Both the position numbers and the translations under genes were made by a program. This document shows, in pieces, positions 28,947 to 38,660 of a DNA stretch of 50,988 nucleotides (position 1 is the first letter of the stretch; every line of letters starts with the position of its first letter). This DNA comes from a virus (taxonomy: Duplodnaviria > Caudoviricetes): the IMG/VR virus record IMGVR_UViG_3300028864_000007, positions 1 through 50,988 of that record; one strand, 5' to 3'. The notes under the pieces were generated by a model that did not search any database, was not told the DNA's origin, and worked only from the letters and a program-made list of their open reading frames with translations.

Positions 28947-29449
28947 TGGAAAAGTTCAGTGTTATAAAACATTATGAGAGTCTTCATGATGGCGATTTGA
29001 AGGCTATTGGTCTTCAACCTAAAATGGACCCTGCTGGTATTTGGACAGAAGGTTGGGGACATGCAATGGTAAACTCAAAAGGTAAGTTCATTATTGGTCC
29101 AAAGTATAAAGCAATCGCGTATGCAACCTCAAGAATAACAACAATTGAGCAAGCGCAAAAGCAATTAGAATTAGACGTAAGGTCTGTTAATCTTCTTATT
29201 GCACGCAAAATTGCAGTTAAGCTTACTGACTATCAGTTAGAGGCGCTACAAGCTTTCTATTTTAATTGTGGTTACTCAGAAACTTTGACTGCACTCATAA
29301 ACGCAAAGTCTGCTGAACTATACAAATGGTGGACAACACATTATATAACTGGCCAAGGAAGCAAAATACCACTTGACGGTTTAGTCTACCGAAGAAAGAC
29401 AGAAGCAACACTATTTACAACAGGAGTACTTAAATTTTTTAATGTATGA
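28946..29449 (+). CDS. Endolysin, GH24 phage lysozyme
   Basis: E...DPAGIWTEGWGH catalytic region; GLVYRRKTEA. Confidence 0.9.
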   Translation: MEKFSVIKHYESLHDGDLKAIGLQPKMDPAGIWTEGWGHAMVNSKGKFIIGPKYKAIAYATSRITTIEQAQKQLELDVRSVNLLIARKIAVKLTDYQLEALQAFYFNCGYSETLTALINAKSAELYKWWTTHYITGQGSKIPLDGLVYRRKTEATLFTTGVLKFFNV

Positions 29450-29700
29450 AGAAAACAAAAAAGAATTGGTTCCAGAGATTATTCTCGCCAACGCCAAAAG
29501 AATGGAAAAAGATTCGTAACCAGTGGGGCAATCTTGCTGGAGCTGTAACGGCCGGGTGGGTAACACTTGGTACACTTGGTTTTAAAGTACCACTCGCAGT
29601 TGAGATTTGTGCTGGTCTCATAATTGCGGTATCTACAGCAATTGTAACTTATGCTCAAAGTCACGAACAAAATAAATCCAAAAACAATGAAAAAAATTAA
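29446..29700 (+). CDS. Two-TM membrane protein (second holin / antiholin-like)
   Basis: Basic N-terminus, SPTPK motif, two hydrophobic helices. Confidence 0.55.
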   Translation: MKKTKKNWFQRLFSPTPKEWKKIRNQWGNLAGAVTAGWVTLGTLGFKVPLAVEICAGLIIAVSTAIVTYAQSHEQNKSKNNEKN

Positions 29701-30286
29701 TTCTGTTAGTATTCACTTTGTACGTAACGAGTATGAATACAATAAGTACTTGTCAGATTCATACAAAGATGAGTTTGAATTTGCTGATGTTGAAGATAAA
29801 CTTCCTTTAGTAGTCATTGATGCAGAGCGTCAAGACTTTGGTACTGTCGCGCTATTGTGTTACATTTCATTCTCTCCAGAAGTTGACATGACTGATTTTG
29901 TTGATACTGACGATCTGATTGTAAGTGTTGACAAGCATTCAGTAAGTGCTAACTTTGCCAACTTGAGTCAAGTTGTATTTTCAGTTCCTGACGAACTTGG
30001 ACTTGACACTACAGAAACAATGGTAGTCACGCTGACTGACCCTGATTCAGATGAAACAGTTAGTTCTACAGCAGTAGCATACACCGTTAAAGAACTTATG
30101 GAAAAGATTGAAAACGAAGTTTCTGAACAGGGCAGTGCAGTAGGTGAGATATTACTTGAAGTAATAATACTTTTGCAAAAAGTTGCTACATCTGATACAT
30201 ATACAACTCTTGCTGATTTCGAAATACTAGGAGAGTTTGTACATCAATTGGATGAACGTGTACAAGCTCTTGAAAGTCCAGTTTAA
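29687..30286 (+). CDS. Acidic hypothetical protein
   Basis: Start MKKINSV; followed by strong hairpin. Confidence 0.7.
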   Translation: MKKINSVSIHFVRNEYEYNKYLSDSYKDEFEFADVEDKLPLVVIDAERQDFGTVALLCYISFSPEVDMTDFVDTDDLIVSVDKHSVSANFANLSQVVFSVPDELGLDTTETMVVTLTDPDSDETVSSTAVAYTVKELMEKIENEVSEQGSAVGEILLEVIILLQKVATSDTYTTLADFEILGEFVHQLDERVQALESPV

Positions 30287-30292
30287 AACAGC

Positions 30293-30334
30293 AAATATGC
30301 AGTCTGCTTAATAATATGAGTAGACTGCATATTT
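30293..30334 (+). terminator. Long hairpin, probable terminator
   Basis: AAATATGCAGTCTGCTTA...TGAGTAGACTGCATATTT. Confidence 0.65.
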
Positions 30335-30364
30335 CGTTTATTGTTGGTCAATATTTATATATAT

Positions 30365-30475
30365 AAAGCCTATCCATAATAGCAGAAAGTAGCCAAATTT
30401 AAGTTTAGGCCATAAACCTTTATAAATATATTACTTTTTATTAAAATGTCATAAAATAGCCTAAAACGACCTACT
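30365..30475 (+). repeat. Dispersed bipartite element, copy 2
   Basis: Core at 30378; AAAATAGCCTA at 30453. Confidence 0.9.
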
Positions 30476-30476
30476 C

Positions 30477-31067
30477 ATGTTCAAGTATATTAAAAACAAC
30501 ATCTGGCAATTACTATTTTGCCTTATCTTAGGGTTAGTTATAAGTTTCTTCATTGGTCGATCAGAAGTCAAGCCAAGTGTAAAGGTTGTGTACAAACATG
30601 GTAAAACTGTACGTGACACTATTTATTCAGAAAAACTGGTCCCATACAAAGTAGAGGTACCTGCAAATCCAATACTCCCACTAACGCCTGACACAGTTAA
30701 GTTACCAGGTGGTGTAGAGTATATAACATTGAAGGTTGATACAGCAAAAATAATTGCTAATTATATAAAAGAAAACAAGTATAAGAGTTTAATGTTTGAT
30801 AACAAAAATGGCAGACTTGTAGTTGATGCAAAAGTGCAGTACAATGAATTAAAAGGAATGAGCTATGAGTTTACTCCAATTGAGAAAGAAACAACAATAA
30901 CCAAAGTGCCTGCCTTCATACCATTCATTTCAGCTGGATACAATACACTCAACTATGCAAACATAGGCTGTGGCATATTCTATCATAACTTAGGTCTAGA
31001 GTACAATTACAATATAGATTTGCATGCATCTTCATATCATCAATTTGGACTTAAATATAAGTTCTAA
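30477..31067 (+). CDS. Membrane-anchored lysis-module protein (spanin candidate)
   Basis: N-terminal TM helix; C-terminal amphipathic beta strands ending GLKYKF. Confidence 0.5.
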   Translation: MFKYIKNNIWQLLFCLILGLVISFFIGRSEVKPSVKVVYKHGKTVRDTIYSEKLVPYKVEVPANPILPLTPDTVKLPGGVEYITLKVDTAKIIANYIKENKYKSLMFDNKNGRLVVDAKVQYNELKGMSYEFTPIEKETTITKVPAFIPFISAGYNTLNYANIGCGIFYHNLGLEYNYNIDLHASSYHQFGLKYKF

Positions 31068-31068
31068 T

Positions 31069-31270
31069 AAACAAGAGTAAACAATTGAAACAATTCTTTG
31101 TTTACATGTAAGTGCAACTAAATCAATACTTTAAAAGCAAATAAACAAAATAAACAATAAAGCATATAAACTTTCTACTTATAAAATAAATAGTTAAATA
31201 GTAATAATTAATTATCGCATAGTAAGTTGGAAATTGTTGTTTATATAGTTTATTGTTTATCTCTGTTTAT
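31069..31270. repeat. Inverted AAACAA(T) iteron element; origin-like, copy B
   Basis: Aligns with 6328-6568, e.g. AAGCAAATAAACAAnATAAACAATAAA and TTGGAAATT...TTTATTGTTT. Confidence 0.8.
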
Positions 31271-31283
31271 GCAAATAGTCAAG

Positions 31284-31353
31284 TGTTAACAAAATTATTT
31301 TTAGTTAAATAATGTTAATTGTTTTTTACTTTTAAAATTTATTTTTATATTTG
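31284..31353 (+). promoter_or_regulatory. Bacteroidota-type promoter (-7 TATATTTG) with GTTAA boxes
   Basis: TATATTTG at 31346; boxes at 31284, 31303, 31313. Confidence 0.65.
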
Positions 31354-31375
31354 CATAACAAAATTCAAACAGACA

Positions 31376-31786
31376 ATGGCACACATCGATTTAAGTCTAA
31401 TTGTAGAGGAATTTAATCTTGACCTCAATGCAATGTGTAAAGTATTATTTCCTGATAATAAATTCCCAAGACCAGCTTTGGACAGGATATTGAAAGGTCA
31501 AACTAAACTTGACTCTGACCAATTGAATGTGCTTGCTGATTACTTGTCAATCAACACTCAGGACCTATACATGAATAAAGGTTGGAGAGGTGCATCGATT
31601 AAAAATAATGTACTCATAATGACACGTGGCGCTTTTACAGCCAAGTTCAATATTGAGTCATTCAAAACAACTCTCACTTTCAATGACGAACTTGTAGATG
31701 ATATTCTTATTAGTGCAAAGATGATTTCACTAAATGAGTACATTTTAGAGTTAGACAAACAAATCGCAAGATTTCTAAACAAATAA
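31376..31786 (+). CDS. Putative XRE-like HTH DNA-binding protein
   Basis: Start MAHIDLS; LDRILKGQTKLDSDQLNVLADYL resembles HTH_XRE C-terminal helices. Confidence 0.6.
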   Translation: MAHIDLSLIVEEFNLDLNAMCKVLFPDNKFPRPALDRILKGQTKLDSDQLNVLADYLSINTQDLYMNKGWRGASIKNNVLIMTRGAFTAKFNIESFKTTLTFNDELVDDILISAKMISLNEYILELDKQIARFLNK

Positions 31787-31805
31787 TTTTAAAGGCAACA
31801 AAATT

Positions 31806-32228
31806 ATGATTACTACACACACCTTTCAGATTGACACGACCAACCCGCTTCATGTGCTAGCACTACTTGACTTCATGGCAAGAATTGCTTTTGCAAAAGA
31901 AGAAGGTGACCATGTCGATTTATCTTCAATTATCAAAAAGTCTGTTACAGAAAGTGTGACAGAAACTAAGCAAACGCCAACTGAGAAAGTAGTTGAAACT
32001 AAAAAGACAGTTGAGAAAGTTGCTGAAAAGCCAGTTGACAAACCTGCTGAAAAGGAGCACGATGGAATGAAGATTTCAGAAGTACGTGCTATGCTACAAG
32101 AGAAAGTTAGCATTGACAATAATCGTGAAAAGATTTTTGACAAACTGCGTGAATTAAATGCAGAGAGCATAACAACGCTTGAACCAAAACATTACAAAGC
32201 TATTTACGATTACATGGCAACTTTGTAA
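31806..32228 (+). CDS. Hypothetical protein of APSE-like replication modules
   Basis: Low-complexity linker plus C-terminal SEVRA...ESITTLEPKHY domain; precedes DUF2800. Confidence 0.65.
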   Translation: MITTHTFQIDTTNPLHVLALLDFMARIAFAKEEGDHVDLSSIIKKSVTESVTETKQTPTEKVVETKKTVEKVAEKPVDKPAEKEHDGMKISEVRAMLQEKVSIDNNREKIFDKLRELNAESITTLEPKHYKAIYDYMATL

Positions 32229-32229
32229 T

Positions 32230-33429
32230 ATGGTAAAGAATGTAATCAACCATGAAGAACGAGAGCACTCAATGCTTTCATGTTCTGGCTCATCACGCTG
32301 GTGGAACTGCACTCCAAGTGCTAAACTAGAAGCTGAATATGGTGAGTTCTCTACGAGTGACTTCGCACTAGAAGGAACTCTTGCACACGAACTAGGTCAA
32401 GCGTACCTTCAGTATGATGTACTTGGTGAAACAACGAAAGATGTATTTGACCAACAGATTGATGCAATCATTAATCACAGGTTATTTTCAGACGAAATGT
32501 TTGAAGAAGTACCGAAGTACGTTGAATACTGTGAACAACAGTTTAATGAAGCAAAGGCTAAGACGCAAGGTGCCGTCATGCTTGTTGAGCAATCAGTAAA
32601 ATTGACTGGATACGTACCTGGAGGTAAAGGTTCAATTGACTGCACAATTATTGCAGACGAGACAATTGAAATTATAGATTTGAAGTACGGTAAAGGTGTC
32701 TCTGTAAGTGCTGAAAAGAACAAGCAGTTGATGTTATATGCCTTGGGTGTTATGCTTAAGTACGACCTTGCATACGACTTCACTCAGATTGTAATGACAA
32801 TTGTGCAACCACGACGCAACAACATTTCTTCATTCACGATGACCAAAGCTGACTTGTATGCATGGGCAAATGACGAACTGAAGGAACGTGCGATGATTGC
32901 CTTTGAAGGTAAAGGTGATTTAGTTGTTGGTGAATGGTGTAAATTCTGTAATGTAAAGAGCCGTTGTACTCAAATATACAAGCATAATATTGAACTTGCA
33001 AAGGATGACTTCAGGGAACCAAGTCTCTTGACTGATGATGAGATTTCTGACATTCTTTTGCAGGTCAATATGTTGATTGAATGGGGCAATTCTGTTAAAG
33101 ATTATGCACTCAGTCTAGCCATCAACAATGGCAAAAAGTGGCCAGGATTTAAACTGGTAGAAGGCACTAGCAGACGCAAGTTTGCCAATGAAGAGAAAGT
33201 AGCAGAAATACTACTCTCACAAAAAGATTTGTCAGCTGATGATGTTTACCAAACTAAGTTGCAAGGCATAACCAATATTCAGAAAGTGCTTGGTAAAAAG
33301 CGTTTTGAGTCTTTGCTTAGCAATTACATTATTAAACCATCAGGCAAACCAACTCTTGTTGACCTTACTGATAAACGCCCTGAATTGGGTATCTCTCAAG
33401 CTCAGCGTGATTTCGCTGATGAAGATTAA
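32230..33429 (+). CDS. DUF2800 family PD-(D/E)xK (Cas4-like) exonuclease
   Basis: HSMLS.S...RW..C, EGTLAHE, IDLKYGKG, QLMLYALG, WCKFC...C. Confidence 0.9.
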   Translation: MVKNVINHEEREHSMLSCSGSSRWWNCTPSAKLEAEYGEFSTSDFALEGTLAHELGQAYLQYDVLGETTKDVFDQQIDAIINHRLFSDEMFEEVPKYVEYCEQQFNEAKAKTQGAVMLVEQSVKLTGYVPGGKGSIDCTIIADETIEIIDLKYGKGVSVSAEKNKQLMLYALGVMLKYDLAYDFTQIVMTIVQPRRNNISSFTMTKADLYAWANDELKERAMIAFEGKGDLVVGEWCKFCNVKSRCTQIYKHNIELAKDDFREPSLLTDDEISDILLQVNMLIEWGNSVKDYALSLAINNGKKWPGFKLVEGTSRRKFANEEKVAEILLSQKDLSADDVYQTKLQGITNIQKVLGKKRFESLLSNYIIKPSGKPTLVDLTDKRPELGISQAQRDFADED

Positions 33430-33467
33430 TTCTCTTTCTATCTATAAACATCAAATTTTTATTTGTT

Positions 33468-33998
33468 ATGGCAACTGAAATTACAACAAAGATTACAACT
33501 GGAGAAGTCACATTCTGTTATGTGAACCTTCTCAAACCGACAGCAATGAAGGAAGGTGATGCACTGAAGTACAATGTAGCAATCGTTATTCCAAAGTCCG
33601 ACACCAAAACCATTGACAAAATCAAAGCAGCGATTCAAGCAGCAACTGATGCTGGCATTGCTACTCTTGGTGGTAAAGTACCTGCAAAACTTGCAATTCC
33701 TTTGCGTGATGGTGACACTGACCGTCCAGACGATGCAGCATTCGCTGGTTGTGTGTTCGTCAATGCAAAAAGTACCAACCCTCCTGGTATTGTTGATGCA
33801 AACCTCGAACCAATCATTGACCCGAATGAAATTTACTCTGGCATGATTGGCCGCGCTTCAATCAATTTCTACGCATACAACCAAGCAGGTAGCAAAGGTA
33901 TTGCTGCTGGTTTGAACAACGTGCAAAAACTCAAAGCTGGTACACGCCTTTCCGGTGGTTCTACACCTGAAGACGACTTCTCCGATCCGTTGATGTAA
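33468..33998 (+). CDS. DUF2815 family ssDNA-binding protein
   Basis: PLRDGD, FVNAKS, IYSG, GLNNVQK, acidic tail. Confidence 0.9.
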   Translation: MATEITTKITTGEVTFCYVNLLKPTAMKEGDALKYNVAIVIPKSDTKTIDKIKAAIQAATDAGIATLGGKVPAKLAIPLRDGDTDRPDDAAFAGCVFVNAKSTNPPGIVDANLEPIIDPNEIYSGMIGRASINFYAYNQAGSKGIAAGLNNVQKLKAGTRLSGGSTPEDDFSDPLM

Positions 33999-34041
33999 AT
34001 CAAATGGCTGTGCTGATTAAATGTTAAGCAATCAAGCACAA

Positions 34042-34163
34042 AGTGGAATAGCATAAGGATGCAGATTCGTGCAGGAGGTAAGCTTTTTTACAAATAGCGC
34101 TTCACTGGTGTAGTCACCATAACACACGAATTACAATGCAAGGTTCGAGTCCTTGCTCCACTG
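34042..34163 (+). ncRNA. tRNA-like RNA with enlarged anticodon domain
   Basis: Acceptor AGTGGA/TCCACT, TA-GCAT-AAGG-ATGC mini D-arm, GATTCGTG/CACGAATT stem around a ~53-nt insert, T-arm CAAGG-TTCGAGT-CCTTG. Confidence 0.7.
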
Positions 34164-34185
34164 CAACTGACAAATTAAATACTGT

Positions 34186-36159
34186 ATGATTAAGCGAGTA
34201 TATTTAGATATAGAAACCTTTTCTTCAGTTGACTTAAAAACATCAGGACTTTATAAATATGTCGAGTCACCAGACTTTGAGGTACTAATACTATCTTATG
34301 CATTCGACAATAGTCCAGTAGTTTGTGTTGACTTAGCCTTAGGAGAAGAAATACCGGAAGAACTTGAAGAAGCATTCTTCGATGATACAATCGAGAAATG
34401 GGCGCACAATGCCACATTTGAACGTGTATCTCTTAGGAAAATAGGCTACGACATTTCTATTGACCAATGGCGCTGTTCAATGATTAAAGCTGCAAGTTGT
34501 GGCTTACCATTCGGACTAGACCAAGTTTCTAAAGCATTAGATTTGAAGAACAAGAAACTTGATACTGGTAAAAATCTAATACGTTTCTTTTCAATGCCTT
34601 GTAAGCCCACTATCTCAAATAGAAAGCGTACACGTAATTATCCGATGGATGATTTGGGTAAATGGCAAATGTATAAAGACTATAACATGGTCGACGTTGA
34701 AGCAGAAAGAGAAATAATCTTGATGCTTGACAAATTTGAAATATCAGAATTTGATAAAGAACTCTATATACTTGACCAAGAAATCAATGACAGAGGCATT
34801 CTAGTTGACATGCAAATGGCAAAGAATGCTACCATGATTGATGAATGGTTTATTGAAAAGACTTCAGACACTGTAAGACAAATAACGCACTTAAGCAACC
34901 CTAACAGTCCAGCTCAACTCAAGACGTGGTTAACTAAAGCCATGGGAAAAGACATATCAACATTGGCAAAAGCAGAGATACCAAAACTGATTGAGGAATG
35001 TGAGCATGAGAATGTTAGGGTTGTTTTGTTAGCTCGTCAGATGATGAGTAAGTCATCAGTAAAGAAATATGCTGCAATGCTGAACTGCGCTGGTAGAGAC
35101 CACAGAACGCGTGGTTTATTCCAATTCTATGGTGCAAATAGAACTGGACGATGGGCAGGACGGTTAGTCCAATTGCAAAACCTTTCTAAGAACCATTTCG
35201 AAGACCATGATGACTTACTGATGGCACGCAATGCTGTTAAAAACAATAATGGCCCATTGCTTGAAATGTTATTTGATGATGTATCAGATACTTTATCACA
35301 ACTAGTAAGAACTACTTTTATAGCAAAAGAAGGTCATACATTTATGGTTGCCGACTTTAATGCTATTGAAGCTCGTGTACTTTCTTGGTTAGCCGATGAA
35401 AAATGGAGAATGGAAGTATTTGCTACTCATGGTAAAATATATGAAGCATCTGCATCTATAATGTTTAATGTGCCAATAGAGTTAGTTACTAAAGATTCTG
35501 AGTATAGAATGAGAGGTAAGAATGCTGAGTTGGCACTTGGGTATCAAGGTGCTCTAGGTGCAATGCAACGTATGGGTGGTGAAAAGATGGGGTTATCTGA
35601 AGCTGAAATGTGGCATATAGTAAAACTGTGGCGTAAAAATAATCCAAAGATTGTTGAATTATGGGCTGACTTAGACGAATGTTCTGTTGAATGTGTAAAA
35701 TACAGGAAAACTGTAGTTAGTCCATTTAGGCAAATTAAGTTTACAATGCAGGATAACTGCATGATTATTACACTTCCTAGTGGGCATAACCTTTATTACT
35801 GGAATGCGAAAGTAATCACAAATGATAAAGGAACTCCATGTGTAAGCTACGAAGGTATTAATCAAGAAACAAAATTCTGGGGTAGAGTAGACACTTACGG
35901 TGGTAAGTTAACTGAAAATATAGTTCAAGCAATTTCACGTGACATTCTCGGACAATCAATGTTGAATTTAAGAGCAAAAGGTTTTAACACAGTAATGCAT
36001 GTACATGATGAAGCAATAACGGAAGTACCTACAGAAGGAATTGACACAAAAGTCAAACTTCAGGAAATGTGTGATATTATGGGAGAAGACTTATCTTGGG
36101 CACCAGGATTAGTTCTTAAAGCTTCCGGTTATGTAACTGACTTTTATCTTAAAGACTAA
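34186..36159 (+). CDS. polA: DNA polymerase family A with 3'-5' exonuclease (APSE-like)
   Basis: LDIETFS, HNATFER, TGRWAG, ADFNAIEARV, RGKNAELALGY, MHVHDE. Confidence 0.95.
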   Translation: MIKRVYLDIETFSSVDLKTSGLYKYVESPDFEVLILSYAFDNSPVVCVDLALGEEIPEELEEAFFDDTIEKWAHNATFERVSLRKIGYDISIDQWRCSMIKAASCGLPFGLDQVSKALDLKNKKLDTGKNLIRFFSMPCKPTISNRKRTRNYPMDDLGKWQMYKDYNMVDVEAEREIILMLDKFEISEFDKELYILDQEINDRGILVDMQMAKNATMIDEWFIEKTSDTVRQITHLSNPNSPAQLKTWLTKAMGKDISTLAKAEIPKLIEECEHENVRVVLLARQMMSKSSVKKYAAMLNCAGRDHRTRGLFQFYGANRTGRWAGRLVQLQNLSKNHFEDHDDLLMARNAVKNNNGPLLEMLFDDVSDTLSQLVRTTFIAKEGHTFMVADFNAIEARVLSWLADEKWRMEVFATHGKIYEASASIMFNVPIELVTKDSEYRMRGKNAELALGYQGALGAMQRMGGEKMGLSEAEMWHIVKLWRKNNPKIVELWADLDECSVECVKYRKTVVSPFRQIKFTMQDNCMIITLPSGHNLYYWNAKVITNDKGTPCVSYEGINQETKFWGRVDTYGGKLTENIVQAISRDILGQSMLNLRAKGFNTVMHVHDEAITEVPTEGIDTKVKLQEMCDIMGEDLSWAPGLVLKASGYVTDFYLKD

Positions 36160-36160
36160 T

Positions 36161-38515
36161 ATGGATTTTGATGGTGCCATACACATTGCTACTGGACTCA
36201 GTGCAAAGACAAAAACGTGGAAGAATGAACGTATATTCTGGAGTAGTTTAGCAACTAGACTATGCACAGAATATAAGACTTCTGAAACATATAAGCAATT
36301 CATAGATGCTTCAAAAGAAGACCAAACTAAAATCAAAGATGTTGGTGGGTATGTAGGTGGTTTTATACGTAATGGAAGACGTAACCCACAAAACATTGCA
36401 TCACGTCAATTAATAACTCTAGACATTGACTTTGGGGATATTGATTTATGGTCTAACTTCTGTGACAAATTCAATAATGCTGCTGTAATACATGGCACGC
36501 ACAAATATACAGAAGAAACTCCACGATATAGACTTGTAATGCCTATTAGTCGTGAAGTCTCTTCAGAAGAGTATATGGCTATATCTCGTTGGGTAGCTGG
36601 TCAAATAGGAATTGACCTATTCGACAACACAACATTTGAGGTCAATAGACTAATGTTCTGGCCATCAACTCCAATTGATATTGACTATTATTCTGACATG
36701 CAAGACGGTCCCTGGATTGATGCTGACGACGTTCTTGCTATGTATGAAGATTGGCATGATACTTCAAAATGGCCAACTGCAGAAGTTGCTGACAAGAATG
36801 TAAAGGAAAACATTGATAAGCAAGAAGACCCACGTGAGAAGAAAGGTGTAATTGGAATGTTCTGCCGTACTTATGGCATTAAAGATGCAATTGAAACATT
36901 CCTTAATGAAGTATACGTTTTCAATACAGAAGATAGGTACACGTACACGAAAGGTTCAACAGCTGGTGGCCTTATAATCTATGACGATACATTTGCATAT
37001 TCCCATCATGGCACAGACCCTTGTTGCAACAGAACTTCAAATGCTTTTGATTTAGTTCGTATTCACAAATATGGTTACTTAGACTCTGGAACTGAAAAGA
37101 AGGATACAGACAAAAAGAGTTTTAAGCGCATGGAAGAACTTGTGCTTAAAGATGATAATGTCAAGTTGTTGATTGCAAATGAGAAGTTAAATGCAAGTGA
37201 GTATGACACAAAATTCACAGCAGAAGATACTTGGATTACTGATTTAAAGCTCGATACACGTGGCACATACTTAAGCACAGCCCCAAATATCAACTTAATT
37301 GTTCAGAACGATACAAATCTAAAAGATTCACTCAAATATAATAGATTTGATAACAAGAGGTATATAACAAAATCTATGCCTTGGCGTATAATTAGTACTC
37401 CTGAACCACTTCGTGATGTTGATTATTCAGGTATACGTAACTATGTAGAGTCTGTGTATGAAATATCTGCAAGTTCAAAGATTGATGACTCATTAGCACT
37501 TGAGTTTGAACGCAATGCATTTCACCCAATTGTAGACTTCTTAGACTCTTTAACTTGGGACAAAGTCTCTAGAATAGATAACTTACTTGTAGACTACTTT
37601 GGTGCACCTAAAAATGTGTATACAGCAGAAGCAATTAGGAAGCCTCTATGTGCAGCTGTTGCACGTGTATATGCTCCTGGCACTAAATTTGACTTAGTGT
37701 TAACTTTGGTTGGTGGTCAAGGTACAGGTAAATCTACATTCGTTAAGAAGTTAGGCAAACAGTGGTTTTCAGATACATTCTTGACAGTACAAGGTAAAGA
37801 AGCTTTTGAACAAATACAAGGCGCTTGGTTGATTGAAATGGCTGAACTTTCTGGATTACGCAAAGCTGAAACAGAAACTATCAAACAGTTCATAACTAAA
37901 TGTGAAGATATGTATCGTCCTGCTTATGGACGTACAGTTGAAACATATAAACGTCAATGTGTTTTCTTTGGTACTACAAATAGTGCAGACTTCCTTAATG
38001 ACCCGTCAGGTAACAGACGTTTTATTCCTATTGACGTATGCTTGAATAAAGCTACTAAAGATATATGGGAAGACCTATCAACTGCAGAAATTGACCAAAT
38101 ATGGGCTGAAGCTGTACACTATTACAAATTAGGCGAATTACTGTACATGAGCAAAGAAGCTGAAGAGTTTGCACGTACTGAACAGCATAAGCACAGTGCA
38201 ATGGATGAACGCAAAGGCATTGTAGAAGACTATCTAAATAAATTACTTCCAAGTGATTGGAGTGATAAAGATTTGGATGACCGTAGACGCGCACTTACTG
38301 ACCCGCTAACCGAGCAAAAGATAAAAAGGATGCATGTTTGTATAGCTGAAATCTGGTGTGAATGTCTAGGAAAGCCAAAAGAAGAAATGAGTCGCTATAA
38401 CACACGAGAAATAAATGACATAATGAAAACAATGCATACTTGGGAGTATAATAACTCAACTAAGAATTTTGGGTTTTATGGCAAACAGAAATTTTATTCA
38501 AGACGAATTGATTAA
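36161..38515 (+). CDS. Primase-helicase with VirE/VapE ATPase domain
   Basis: TLDID, PRYRLVMP, GGQGTGKST, EMAEL, RPAYGR, GTTN, GNRRF. Confidence 0.9.
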   Translation: MDFDGAIHIATGLSAKTKTWKNERIFWSSLATRLCTEYKTSETYKQFIDASKEDQTKIKDVGGYVGGFIRNGRRNPQNIASRQLITLDIDFGDIDLWSNFCDKFNNAAVIHGTHKYTEETPRYRLVMPISREVSSEEYMAISRWVAGQIGIDLFDNTTFEVNRLMFWPSTPIDIDYYSDMQDGPWIDADDVLAMYEDWHDTSKWPTAEVADKNVKENIDKQEDPREKKGVIGMFCRTYGIKDAIETFLNEVYVFNTEDRYTYTKGSTAGGLIIYDDTFAYSHHGTDPCCNRTSNAFDLVRIHKYGYLDSGTEKKDTDKKSFKRMEELVLKDDNVKLLIANEKLNASEYDTKFTAEDTWITDLKLDTRGTYLSTAPNINLIVQNDTNLKDSLKYNRFDNKRYITKSMPWRIISTPEPLRDVDYSGIRNYVESVYEISASSKIDDSLALEFERNAFHPIVDFLDSLTWDKVSRIDNLLVDYFGAPKNVYTAEAIRKPLCAAVARVYAPGTKFDLVLTLVGGQGTGKSTFVKKLGKQWFSDTFLTVQGKEAFEQIQGAWLIEMAELSGLRKAETETIKQFITKCEDMYRPAYGRTVETYKRQCVFFGTTNSADFLNDPSGNRRFIPIDVCLNKATKDIWEDLSTAEIDQIWAEAVHYYKLGELLYMSKEAEEFARTEQHKHSAMDERKGIVEDYLNKLLPSDWSDKDLDDRRRALTDPLTEQKIKRMHVCIAEIWCECLGKPKEEMSRYNTREINDIMKTMHTWEYNNSTKNFGFYGKQKFYSRRID

Positions 38516-38526
38516 ACTTAGTAGTT

Positions 38527-38640
38527 AAAGCCTTTCCGGAATAGTAGAAAGTAGCCAAATTTAAGTTTAAACCATAAACCTTTACAATTATATTACTTTT
38601 AATTAAAATGTCCTAAAATAGCCTATTTGAACCTACACTT
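38527..38640 (+). repeat. Dispersed bipartite element, copy 3
   Basis: Core at 38540 (one C>T); AAAATAGCCTA at 38615. Confidence 0.9.
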
Positions 38641-38660
38641 ATTTTAAACAGCAACAAAAC

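Noticed and set aside
31376-31786. Lysogeny module
   Set aside because: Only a lone HTH-like gene; no integrase or partition genes were recognised
32230-33429. Cas4-like protein as part of a CRISPR system
   Set aside because: DUF2800 is a standard member of this replication module; no repeat-spacer array or other cas gene is visible
34042-34163. Canonical tRNA gene
   Set aside because: No 7-nt anticodon loop, truncated D-loop and too long; reported as tRNA-like ncRNA
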